A DNA stretch of 64,000 nt. Source: Trichosphaerium sp. ATCC 40318. Its lineage: Eukaryota; Protista; Tubulinea. A model generated the notes under the pieces. The model did not search any database. It saw nothing but the letters and a program-made list of their open reading frames with translations, and was not told the DNA's origin. The stretch spans positions 1 through 64,000 of the forward strand of contig JALMLS010000562.1 of NCBI GenBank assembly GCA_038496445.1, written 5' to 3'. How positions within the stretch are numbered: position 1 is the stretch's first letter; each line of letters opens with the position of its first letter. Below are positions 25,746 to 37,724 of this stretch, one piece after another. The position numbers were made by a program, and so were the translations under genes.

Positions 25746-26375
25746 ATGTTCGAGCAAAAGCAACACAACACCTCAAAACACAACCGCAGACATAAACATG
25801 GGATAAAATCCAACACAACTAGGCGCTCGTATACTCTAGATCGAACATCCGCAAAAGAGGCTAGTTTACCCACAACTATCTACGACGTAAACAACCCACG
25901 CGTGGAGCTATCATTCAACAAAAAAAAACGTTGGGAGGTTGAAAAAGACGACAATACCGTCCTCATACACTACGAAGATTACGGCTGGGGTGGTTACAGA
26001 TCATGCTGCACTCACCACTACGACGTTAACACGGACTTTTTCAGAATAAATACCAACGAAACCGACGAAAACGACCAAGACAGTGATGTAGAAATAGTAA
26101 AGACCAGAAAAGGGCGTGTAGTACGCTCTAAAAACAAGCGCAAGAAGAATCAATCAAAAAAAGGCCAGCAACGTTCAACTACACTAGTTGACCTACAAAA
26201 AGACAGCGTACCAGTCTATGTAGTATCTAGAATGGCCAGCGATAAGAACAAAGCAAAGTGCTATCGCCAAGAGCGCTTTAACTTCAACCGTCCTTATGCC
26301 AAAGAAAATTGTGGCAAAGACAAAATGCTCATGAAGAAATACTTATCAAATCCTCGTGCCGCTGTAGCTCAATAG
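25746..26375 (+). CDS. Intronless hypothetical basic protein, 209 aa
   Basis: Uninterrupted ATG-TAG ORF in AT-rich DNA, followed by AATAAA; no family recognised. Confidence 0.65.
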   Translation: MFEQKQHNTSKHNRRHKHGIKSNTTRRSYTLDRTSAKEASLPTTIYDVNNPRVELSFNKKKRWEVEKDDNTVLIHYEDYGWGGYRSCCTHHYDVNTDFFRINTNETDENDQDSDVEIVKTRKGRVVRSKNKRKKNQSKKGQQRSTTLVDLQKDSVPVYVVSRMASDKNKAKCYRQERFNFNRPYAKENCGKDKMLMKKYLSNPRAAVAQ

Positions 26376-26614
26376 AAAACAGCGCAAGAATTGTGCCATA
26401 GTTGTAAATAAATCCCTTGATCTGTGTAAAATGCCTTTGTTTTTTTTTTTTTCAAGTTCCATCCGTGTGCTCCTACCTTTACCCTTAGTACCTTAGCTCG
26501 ATCTTATTGTGCTCAGATGGGCGGATAGGATTGAGCAATAGTTAGATTTAGCTGCAAACGAGATTTCGTATTTTATTAAGACTGCTATGTCTTTTTTTGC
26601 AGTTTTAGCAAGAT

Positions 26615-28073
26615 TTAAGCATAAGGATCCTTAATAATCTTTTTAAATGCTGCACATATTTTTGCGTTACCACATAGTAACTTCTTTGCACAAATATCGA
26701 AAGGTGCATCAGTATATGGATCACAAACAATACCACCAGCTTCCTAAAAATTACCAGCATTAATATTTTTACAATACAACTATACAATGACGTACGCGCA
26801 CAATAACTGTACCAGCTGCAACGTCCCTAAAAAGAAGAGATATTAAAAACCAATTTCAAGTGAAAACACGTGCAACCCAAGTACACTTGCTAATTACAGC
26901 AAGAATGGAACACTTTTTTCAATGAATTGTTACTTTACAAAAACAAAAAAACCACTGCGTACCATGAAGACAAGCCAGCTTGGTAGTATACTGTTGTTTG
27001 TCCTGCTGCCAAGTAGCACCTTAAATCATATTAGAAAAGGTAGTTGTTCACAACCAGTTTCGTACATAGAGAGTGCTGCAGAGCCGAAACGGCGTGTAGA
27101 CCTGCAGTTCTTAAGAATATTCTTAAAGTTTGCAATTTCTTTGTCTAGAATAATGTCATTCTCTCTGTTTTTGATCCAAATACCAGTGCAAGCGAGAGCG
27201 TCCTGAGAATAGAGTAAATAAACAAACATTTAAACAAAAAATTGTCGTTTTTTTAACGCACGATGAGGTTTTCTTCCTGGGAAACTTTCATGGCAACACC
27301 ATTATGGAAAGCACCATTGCCTGAAGAAACGGTTAGGATAAACTAGTGGAAGAAACCTTTTTTTGTAGTGCTTAGTGTGACTGTTTCTTACCTTTGGCTG
27401 CAGAGAACATGTCACCATTAATAGGGTTGAAAATAACGCCTACTACAAGTTCTTTCTTATCAGCAAATCCAATTGAGATGCAAGTCTGTGGTACTCGGTG
27501 AACAAAGTTAGTGGTGCCGTCGATTGCTGCCTTGTTAAGAAAAAATGGAAACAAAACGCTGAAAGTGAATTATGAGAGTAGGATACGATCAATAATCCAT
27601 GTTGGTGCGTCAGTTAGTACTTCTGCGAGTTCACCAAGGGCGGTGCTCTGTAAACTTGTCAGTTTTTAGGTTTTTGTAGAACTGCGACTACCTCCTCTCC
27701 AATGAACTTATGCGTTGGGTACTTGGCTTTGATTTTGTTGATAACAAATTTTTCGGTTTGTTGGTCTGTCTCAGTTACCAAATCTGTAGCGTCTGCGTGC
27801 TCATAAGTCAGTATAAGGAAATAGAGTGAGCGGGTTCGCAAAGATGAGTGAAACAAGCTTTAGACCTATGATTACGCACCCGCTTTCGTTTTAAGGACTT
27901 TATCTTGGGTGAATGCCTCTATGCAGATATTAATAAACAATTACGCTTAAATTTGTACTTTTGATGACGACGCCAGCCTCTTGTGCGCACTCTGTGGCAA
28001 AAGCCAAAATTTCTTTATGATAACCTAAAAAACGTCACCTAGCATAACAAACGATTGACATACTTGTTGCCAT
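26615..28073 (-). CDS. IMPA: Inositol monophosphatase
   Basis: DLVTETD, FIGEE, WIIDP-IDGTTNFVH, GSAAL, W-DVAAG, EAGG. Confidence 0.95.
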
Positions 28074-28184
28074 TGTATGCTCTCTTTTTCGGAGGGTTTA
28101 GCGGACAAACAACAGAACCTTAACTTGATTAAGTGAGTGAAGTTTGTAGCTTGCCAGAGTTTGTAATATCTCCAGTGAAACTTC

Positions 28185-29896
28185 ATGTCAACGGTGCAAA
28201 ATAATAGAAAGCGTAAGCGTTCCGTGGGTTGTGGCAAGAGCCGTAAAAAAGCCAAAAAAGTTAAAAAAGAACGAGAGCCACCACTTTGGAAAGTTTTTCC
28301 CGTTCTACCGTATAACACGCGAGTACCATACGAAACATTTAAAACTAAGGGGTAATACAATGATTCTTTATTCAATACATTTTAAACCGTGCGCGTAGGT
28401 TCATTACACCTTTTTGGGGCGGAACAGACACACTAGAGATAGTGGAGTTTATGGACAAACTCATGTTAGTGCCTTTTGGTTCTTTTCCGAACTAATACCA
28501 CCAGGTCCTTCCTTTACCTTAAATTAGGGCTGTTAGTGATGATAAAAGAGTTGCAAAGATGACTAAACTTATGCCGGATCAAACACGTGGTTTTAATGTC
28601 ACAATGAAGTACAGAAAAAAATTTACCTTATTGTTTCGCTTTATTGTATTGTCTAAGCATCTATTAGTGCCTTGTTCTTCAAGATGAAGATAGGAGATGC
28701 TGTCATTGTACAAGATCCGAAACATAAGGAATACATTATTGGTAAAGTGGCTAGTGATGTTGAATACGCATACGAATCTGCCTTCGGTAATGATTATTCA
28801 CTTGACAAAAAATGTCAAATCTTATTTTTATTTTTAAGGTGTCGAGTTGATTGGTGCTACAATAGAGATTGCTTATAGAAGAGTAAAGTGGACCAAAATT
28901 ACTAGAGGCAATAAGCTTACTGGCAATCCATGGGGCGGGTTATTCGAAGAGGTGCACAAACAACGAGACATCTTTCTTTCTGAAATCGAAGTAACGAAAC
29001 AATTGTAAGGTTACAACATATTTAGGTTGCCATTGAGACCTCCGACACTGTGAATGGTGTAAAGAGAAAGATGCTTAATAAGGGATCAACGATTCATAAT
29101 TACTTAGGAAACAAAACTACATTAAAGTACAGACCCTTTGTAACAAGACCATCAATAGTGCGTGACTTTACACCTGAGGTATGGTAATATTTAAAGTGCA
29201 GTTAACCAAATGGTGTATGTAGGATGGCAGTGAATTTGATGCGAACGTTATTACTGTTTATACTCCTGAACAAATGTTTAAGGTATGCTTGATTTATCAT
29301 TGGCTTTTATTGAATCCAATGTTAGCTTGCTTACGGATATAATGTCCCTTGGTTGGGAAGGCTCCAATACAAAGCAATTGAGATTGAAGACAGCGAAGAT
29401 GAAGACGAAGATAAAGAAGATGATACAAAATTACGCCCTTGTGTCATAAATGAAGAAGAAGGAGGTTCTTTACAGCATGGCAGCAATGATGTGAATGAAT
29501 TACCTCCTAAAAAGGAAATGAAGGAAGACATTAAAGTTGTGATTAAAAAAGATCAGTATGATACGATTAAATCCAGAAATAAAGTCTTGTCGGATACAGA
29601 TGATGGTACGTACAGTTGTACAGAGTATATAAACTAATCCGGTTTTCAACAAGAAATTGAAATAGATTTGACAGGAGAAGATGAAAGTGAACAGCTATCA
29701 AAGTTGCAGACTTCTACCAACCATAAAGAAGATATAAGTTATCAAATACGAGAGAGTGAAACAAACTTACAGCAGTTAGAGGAGAAACTGATACAAGAAC
29801 AAGAACATTACAAAGAGCTATGTAAGTTACAACATAATAAGTAACGACATAATAATTAATGCTCACATGGAGCCTTAAATTACCAAAGACTCCCAA
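28185..29896 (+). CDS. NLS plus EVE/PUA-like (Mrr/McrB N-terminal-type) domain plus acidic linker; probably the 5' part of a gene continuing into the kinase at 31196
   Basis: Spliced MSTVQNNRKRKR..KKAKKVKK..LWKVFP..YETFKTKGFITPFWG..FFKMKIGDAVIVQDPKHKEYIIGKVASDVEY..RRVKW; no clear stop before the transposon. Confidence 0.7.
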
Positions 29897-29969
29897 GTTA
29901 CGTTTCCTGATTCGTGTTACTTATTTTCACCCTTTTTTTGTTGCTGTACTCGTGTACCACATTAACCAA

Positions 29970-31151
29970 GGAGATGTACAGAATGAAATGAATTGATTCC
30001 GAAAAAACACGAAATGTTCCGAAAAAAACACGAAATATTCCGTGTTTTTACCATCTCCAAACCATATCTCATATAGTTGAAGCAAGGTCTTTTAGTAGGT
30101 AGTTTCCAAGAGCATTGCAGCGCAGTTCGTAACAAAAAAGTAAAGTTGATAACAGCTTTTTGCAATCGTGATAATCTGAGTCAGTACTGCGACTATTTTG
30201 CGAAGTTGTCTAAAGAACAGAAATGGCATTGAGATAGTAAAATCACTGGTACTCCTGATAGGTTTTGTGGAGAAGTTTTTTTCACTTAACGTTGTACACA
30301 CGACTTTCGTAGTTTCTGTGTGTTGGAAGTGCTCCTTGCTTGTGCTACAGCAACTCAAGATGGTTTTTGTGCAAAACAATCACTTTGGAAGTGTACGAAA
30401 GTGATTTGAAAGCGCTTTATTTTCGCTTCCTAATCGCTTCATAACGCCTTGGTAGAAACGCCTTAGAATCACTTGGAAAGCGGTTTGAAAGTGATTTGAA
30501 AGTGATTCCAAAGTGATTTCTAGGCGCTTTTTTTCCTCAAAGCATCAGTATTGGTTGTAATACATCTGAGGTGCACTTACGAAATAACAAAATTGCAAAA
30601 GGTGCACCTACAACATCAAGAGATAAAAAAAGCGCCTAGAAATCGCTTTGGAATCACTTTCAAATCACTTTCAAACCGCTTTCCAAGTGATTCTAAGGTG
30701 TTTCTACCAAGGCATTATGAAGCGATTAGGAAGCGAAAATAAAGCGCTTTCAAATCACTTTTGAATCACTTGGAAAGTGCTCGCTATGCACAGAAAACCA
30801 TCTTGATTTGCTGTAGCACAAGCAAGGAGCACTTCCAACACACAGAAACTACAAAAGTCGTGTATACAATGCTAAATGAAAGAAAGTCAAATCACTGTAT
30901 CAGTAACCACTGATTGTACTATCTCAGTGACACTTCTCATTCTTTCTATGTCACTTTTTGGAACAAGAACAGCTGCTCACTACAATGCTCTTGGAAAACA
31001 ACCAAAAGTTCTTGCTTCAACTGTGTTAAGATGTGGTTGTCCAGGGCAATCTACTTACCAGTAAAAACACGGAATGTTTCAGAATATTTTGTGTTTTTTC
31101 AGAACATTTCGTGTTTTTTCGGAATCAATTCATTTCATTCTGTACATCTCC
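29970..31151. mobile_element. Non-autonomous foldback/MITE-like DNA transposon, 1182 bp, GG..CC ends, 3-bp TSD CAA
   Basis: Left end GGAGATGTACAGAATGAAATGAATTGATTCCG is the reverse complement of the right end; inverted arms run about 560 bp to a spacer at about 30535-30624; CAA at 29967-29969 and 31152-31154; no transposase ORF. Confidence 0.9.
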
Positions 31152-31195
31152 CAAATGTACAGTTCCTTAAACGTAGTAAACGAAATGCATGCTAG

Positions 31196-32158
31196 AAACA
31201 ACTTTTGGATATAACCAAACGCAACTACCATGTAAATCTCTCCTAGATTCTCCATGTTTCTCCCAGTTTTTGTTAAGGCAAACTGTTAATCTGGAATTAA
31301 GTCAATTGCAAAAGTCAAGCATCACTGATCAAAGCAACACCTCCCAGAACTTCACTTCCTTCATCAACAACACGCCTAATGTACCGATCTTGGTACGTCT
31401 CATATCTTTTGCCTACAACCTTGAAGAGAAAGCAACTGTGATTTACTTGTTATCTAGCTATCTTCAGGACTTACATCTGGTGGAGAGCTATATTCTCGCA
31501 GCTCCAACAGGAGCCAATGTAAGAAGCGCTGAGAACAACCCATTCGAGTCTGCAGTTGTTGGACATAAGAGCTATGATTTCTCTTCACTGGTTGAAGCTT
31601 TGCATGCCATACACAACTGTGGCTTTGTTCACAGGTAAGCAACGCAGATTGTCAGATCGAAAATTATTTTTTCCTATTATTTTCGCGTTTTGACTTTTTG
31701 ACTCTAGAGATGTGAGCATTAACAATATTATTGTCCTTAATGGTGTATGTCAGCTCATTGACTTTGGAAGTGCTATGAAGAAAAACACTGTTCCCGATTA
31801 CTTTCAAGGGACATTCCTGTTCTGTTGCCTTGATCTTCACAAGCAAGTTTCGGAATATGATTTAAAAATATACCTACCAAAATACGATCTTATATCTCTT
31901 GTGATGATATATATTGCCCTGAACCACTGGAATCTCTTTGTAGCAGTCAACAAAGCACATAACAAAGTCAATTGGGACGAGCTACGCTTTATAACCACTG
32001 ATGAGTATAAGATATACTACAAAGCCTGGAACGACCTTATTAACAGTTTTAACCATTATTACATACCCCTCATGGATATGGCAGTAAACTGCAAGTATGA
32101 TGACATGAAAAAATGGTTCATTGAAGAGAGTAAAAGAATAATAGAATATGTAAACTAA
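31196..32158 (+). CDS. FunK1 (fungal-type)-like protein kinase domain
   Basis: LHAIHNCGFVHR-DVSINNII, LIDFGSA, GTFLF, YLPKYDLISL. Confidence 0.85.
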
Positions 32159-32491
32159 CCCACTTCATCTTTGTTTACAAATATTTGTGTAAACGTTTTA
32201 GGTTATTCAATGTTAACAGACAAAACAACCTAAAGCAGATTTCCCAGCATGCCATCAACGACTAGCTCCACTAGCACTACTTATATGTCAGGGCTGTAGT
32301 TAGTGATACATGTACTCTGGTATATGTATTAGATTGTAATCCATGCGAGACATCTCTTGTGGAAGTTTTGGCATGAGCTTAAGTAAACATGCTAAATACA
32401 CTTATTTAACACTGTAGCCGTTTTGGTTTTTGAGCAGGCTGTTTGTTAAACAGTTTTATTTTGTACAAACTACTATGTTTCTCGATCGTTG

Positions 32492-34069
32492 TCAAGGTTC
32501 AATTGAACATTGTCCCGGAGGGTGATACAAGCTCGCTTGTATCGCCCATGTACTAGAACAGTAAGAAAAAGATGCTTAGTAATACTAACAGTACCTCTCT
32601 AGTGCTTCGCATACTCCATAATGATAATTGACTTCATCTGCCAGATCTGGTAGTAGCGATGCATTGAAAGCGAAAATATCGACAATATCTTGTTTTATCC
32701 CATTTTTAGAAACACAGTCACGTGTTACTGGTAAAACAAACATCAATAAAACTAATGCATCCAGCCTTTCTTTTGAACTTGAAGGCTCAACTTGCTGTAC
32801 AATCTTGTATAACTCTGTTGTATGTATCTGCGAAGTAATCTTCGTAGCCAAGCTCCTATGTTCCTTTGTAATATCTTTGTTACAAGAGCACATACTAGGA
32901 TACGAAGGAAGAATATATGCCTTGAATATTTCCACTACTATCTTAACAAAATCAAGTTTTGTTTCAGGTTTTTCTTCACATAATTTGTTGTTTAATGTAG
33001 CTTTCATCTTTGCAATAAGAGAAGCCCAAGTCTTCGCTTCAGCTGTGTTACTTAGTAGTATTCCTGACTTTGCTTTACTACATAGACAAGTTAACTACAT
33101 CGAAAGATAAACGCTTTAGGTTACGTATTGGCTTGTAAAATCGCATATCCTCTTGATTGTCCTGTGCTCTTATCATGTGGTTTCATCGCATCAAATACAA
33201 CTGTTAATGGTACCCAATGCGGTGGATACTTAAATCTAGCGACATCTAGTATGAGAACCATATCTCTATCTGGGTGGTAGCCACCTTTGAGTAAAAAATC
33301 AGATTGGTTTTATAAAATTCAAATCACGTGCCTATTGGACTAAAGTGACCGTCTCCTGTTTGTCCCAGTAACTTTCTCGAGTAAGATATAACTAACGGCC
33401 TCTTCTCTTGTTTCGTAGACTGTATTACTTGCATTCTGAAATCTTCAACGGAGCTACAATGTCAGTAAGCAAGCGAAATTGTTTCAAAAAAAACCAAGAT
33501 GGGACACCTTTGTGACGGTCTGTGGACCTCAATGACAGCGTCGTTACACCGCGCAAGGCATGCAAACTCCCCTAACGTTATACCATCCTTTCTAACTTCC
33601 TATCAACATAAGTAAGACATGTGACGTGGAGCTTAATGTCGAACCTCTAACGGTTTACAACATGATAGTAAATCTTCGCTGAACCATCTCCATGGTCCCT
33701 TCCAGATGCGATCTGGGTCTATATTAAGGCTTGAACCAATGCGTTACGATACTTTAACAACGTTTTATCAGTTACCTGTTTAAAACCATAGAAAGTGTCC
33801 CCAAACCGCAATATGCTGGTTCATTTTGCGTATGAAACTGCGCAGCGAGCCTAGCGGAGCTCAGATGACATTATCATGTAAACGTACGCAAAATATCCTT
33901 CCATTGTACCTGTAGCGATACGAATGAGCGAGAAAGCCTTAATTCAACCACATTTGTTTGTTTTTTTTGTACCTGCTTCTAGAGCTTCTCTGAAGATTTG
34001 TTTACCTTCAGTTGATGAGAAATCAATACAAGACTCTGGTAAACTTCGTCTGTAAAATGTACGCTTCAT
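32492..34069 (-). CDS. PCS: Phytochelatin synthase
   Basis: [48 protein letters not shown] (Cys-His-Asp triad). Last exon is uncertain (stop at 32492 or 32585). Confidence 0.95.
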
Positions 34070-34318
34070 GTTAGGATGTAATGTACTTGTTTTGTTGGTT
34101 TTTTGATTGAAAACGATTAAGTCCGTAGCTGTTTACTCCGCCAAATATCCCGTGAGCTCAATTTGATGTAGGAACACCCACAGCACTCGTAGCACCTTGT
34201 CAGAGTACAAAAAACAACCCTCAAGCAAATTGTTGGAACGTGTACAGCGAAAAATATAACTCAACATTTCTTTGAACGTACACTAACCTTGCAAAAGGAA
34301 CAAATGAGTACAAATTAT

Positions 34319-35944
34319 TTATTTCTTCGGTGATAATCTCGCTACAAATGCAGTATGTCCCAATGTGCTCGCAGTGTAGCTTTTTATTTGATTAGTACGT
34401 TGTGTGAAGTGTAACTATTAGTACCTGTTTGTAAAAACACCAATATCTTTATGGGACCATAAGTCACGTACAATAAGTTTTGTACCAGGTGCATAGCCAA
34501 GTACTTTAAAATCTACAACTGTTTTGTAACGGTAGTTACTAGCTGTAGGTGTATGTCTATATTCAATTTATTAACTACCTGGTCAAAGAAGAATATTCTA
34601 CGAAAACCGAAAAGTACCTATTCAATACAATGACACAATGTTCGTCATGCATAAGAGGTCCAGCCCAAATTTGCATGGGTCCCTCTTGCCATATTAAGTC
34701 ACCCTTTTAATTTATTATTAATTACTTGTAATATAAGACGATTGTAACGTACTTGGATACCTAGACCATCTTGGTTGACTGCGATAATCTCTTTATTTGT
34801 TAAGATTTCCCATGTATCCTTATCATTATGAAGTGATCGTATATCACAACCAATCAAAAGAGGGCTCTTGATAAGAGCCCAAAGAGCAATATGAGCTTTA
34901 TACTCTTCTTTACTCATACCCTTGTTTCCTACTTCTAACATATCTGCATCATTCCAACCTCCAGGTCCAGAATACTTTAAGTACAGTCAGTTTTCAAAAA
35001 CGAATAAATAAACATGCGTGTACCTTTGACAAATGAATGTTGTTATCCAACACTCTAATTACAGAGTCCCACTACGTTTTAGCGGTTAGCATAAAAATTT
35101 CTGAGTATGGTAGTGATCTTACTGTGTCGTTTATGTCACTGGTGCTTCTCCAGCTATTACCAACTAGAGGTCCCCATCGCCAAGGATCCTCAACACCCCA
35201 CTCGCACATGCTGAACTAGTTTGTGTTAAATCTCCGTTATTGGCTCATTGCTTACAAATATTTGGCGTCCAACAGATAAGAGCGCATCTCTCATAGCTAT
35301 ATATCGTGATTTAACTGATACACCTTTTGGAGCAAAGCAGTTATCATACTTTAAGTAGTCAATGCCTTTTTAGATGTCAGTTTTTTTTGATAGCAACAAT
35401 CACGTGCCCCATTCAGCGTATGATGCTGCGTCTTGTTTCTCATAGCCGTAGCTCCCAGGTCTCTCTGCACACGTCTTATGCCCTGCATCACTATAGATGC
35501 CCAACTTGACACCCTTAGCGTGTGCTAAAAGCAGTTATTGAAAGAACACTGATGGACTTGTACTTACCATAATCGGCAAGGTGCTTCATGCCGCTTGGAA
35601 AATCCTTCGCGCTAGGGTGTATTTTACCCTTGGAGTCACGGTGAGATGCCCAACAATCATCAACTTTGTACTACCGTTAAAATACTTGTAGCAAGAATTT
35701 TACGCACTGTTTACGTATTCATAGCCGTAACTTGGTAGTTTTAGAGCGACAAAGGCATCAATTGTTTCCTTGATAAGCGTTTCGTTAATTTTACACGCAA
35801 ACTTGTTCCAGCTGGTAGATAAGTGAGAAATTACGCGAGAATAGGGCATTACCTATTCCAACCCATCTGTGGCGTTAAACCCAATCCATTTTGTAGTGTA
35901 AACACGCCTACGGACAAGCACAGAAGTCCCAGTAGCGTCCTCAT
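34319..35944 (-). CDS. Secreted alpha-galactosidase (GH27)
   Basis: Signal peptide, [58 protein letters not shown]. Confidence 0.95.
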
Positions 35945-36118
35945 AGTGGTTTGGTGTGAATGGAATCCAACTGACTTTTTTTTTAACAACGGCCCTTAAC
36001 CTTCCATCTGCTCATCACACTGACCAGTGTTTCGCTCACGAAGCTGTTTTGCGCGTTCTAACGCCCGGCAATCAAAATGCATCAATTTACATAAATCTGT
36101 AGCTGCCACGCGTCGAAA

Positions 36119-37625
36119 ATGTTATCTAGGCGACTATTCCCAGGTTTGATGCGATATTATTATAAAATCAGCTAAAATTGCCTTTAGGCACTCAACGACA
36201 CGTTGAAAACCAGCGAACAAAGCTCGAATCAATAGGAGAGGTACTTAGTATCAAAACATTTGACAACTGGCACGACATTACTTGTAAACAAGTAGTTCAA
36301 AACGGAGGCAGAGATGTAATCAGCAGGTATATTTACAAGCACGTGACACCTTTTACCAGTTTAATAACTCGTGCCTTTTAGGTATAATGATTCACTGGCT
36401 GTAGCATTAGCGTCCGTGTACAAGGAGTATGAGTGGCCGTCTCACACTAAGTAAGATTTTGGTGTTTTGTTGCAAACAACTTGTATTTATTTGATGTAGC
36501 TATACAAACGACGGATTTGTTAGCCGCGATTATCAGAGAGAAGTTATTGAGAATATTGCATTGTACCTTAGCATTAGCGTACTGGATGATTGGTGTAGTG
36601 TAAAACAAACGGATGTCATACGACATGGTGGCCTTAAGATAGTAAAGTTGTAAGAAGCGTTAATTTTAAATTAAACTTTGACAGCCTCAGGCACGGTAAC
36701 GACATTATGAATGCACTCAAATACTTGTATCCCAAACATCCATGGCAATCTGTCACGTAAGTAGCAGCTTCCGTATAAACATTTGCATATTCAAGTTTGG
36801 ATTAGTACTACAAAGCATGAAGAAGCCATAACAGCAAAGAGAGTTGCTCAATTTAACTCTATTGCTGAAGCGCTTGGCGTCAAATCACTGTACCAATGGT
36901 ATAATATACCCTTCTCTCAATTCAAGCGTGCTGGTGGCAAACAGCTTATGAAGAGATACTACAGATCACTCCCTAGCGCTCTCGAAGAAGTGTATCCAAG
37001 TTTTGATTGGAAGTTAGAGAACTTTAAGTACGCCACAAGAAGTTTGCTGAAAAACTGATTAAAACAAATAGGAGTGTGCCTTCTGGACATTGGAGAATTC
37101 TCGATAATCAAAGAGCTCGCCTAGAAACAATAGGAAGAGAAATTGGTGTGAACAAACTTGATGATTGGCATGGAGTAACTGATAAACAAGTTAGACAACG
37201 TAAAGGTGGAGGTATCCTCACAAGGTACATCTTACTATTTGGAACTAAACTCACTAATCTTTTCCTTAAGGTATAATTCGTCCTTGCAAGAAACTCTCAA
37301 GTCTCTTTACCCTAATCATGGCTGGAGATTTTACAGAAAACCAGGGCAAAGAAACACACCCCAGGGTTATTGGAATGACAGTCGAAATCAACTTGAATTT
37401 CTACAACACGTTGAACATAAACTTGGAATTATTCATGACAATGATTGGTATAGTGTTTCAGCTCTTCAATTACAACAACTTGGAGGTTCTGGCATGTTGA
37501 GATACTTTCCTGAGTCCGTAAAACTCATTAGGCCTTATTCTGGATTGGACTGGGACAAGTTTAATGCAACAAAAAGGTCAAGGCAACGATGGTTGCAACA
37601 TTGTATAACTACGCTATCACAGTGA
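36119..37625 (+). CDS. Tandem ~70-aa repeat protein, paralog A (5 repeats, no nuclease domain; start unresolved, possibly a pseudogene)
   Basis: Repeats of G(H/Y)W....NQR..LE.I...L.I...DDW..V....V...GG..L.RY..SL..AL...YP...W. MLSRRLFPG at 36119 is out of frame with repeat 1. Confidence 0.75.
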
Positions 37626-37724
37626 GTCACTGTTAATTGATAGTAAACTGTGAAATAAATGAAACATGGTAACATGCCTATGCCTTCTTTTTTCAAGTTG
37701 AGGCACTCATAATTATACGTTTTA

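Noticed and set aside
30395-30780. Short repeats with CRISPR-like GTTTGAAAG words
   Set aside because: These are tandem 11-bp units with no unique spacers, lying inside the transposon arms of a eukaryotic genome with no cas genes.
29962-31195. Several 60-95 aa ORFs inside the foldback element
   Set aside because: They mirror each other because of the palindrome and show no transposase motifs.
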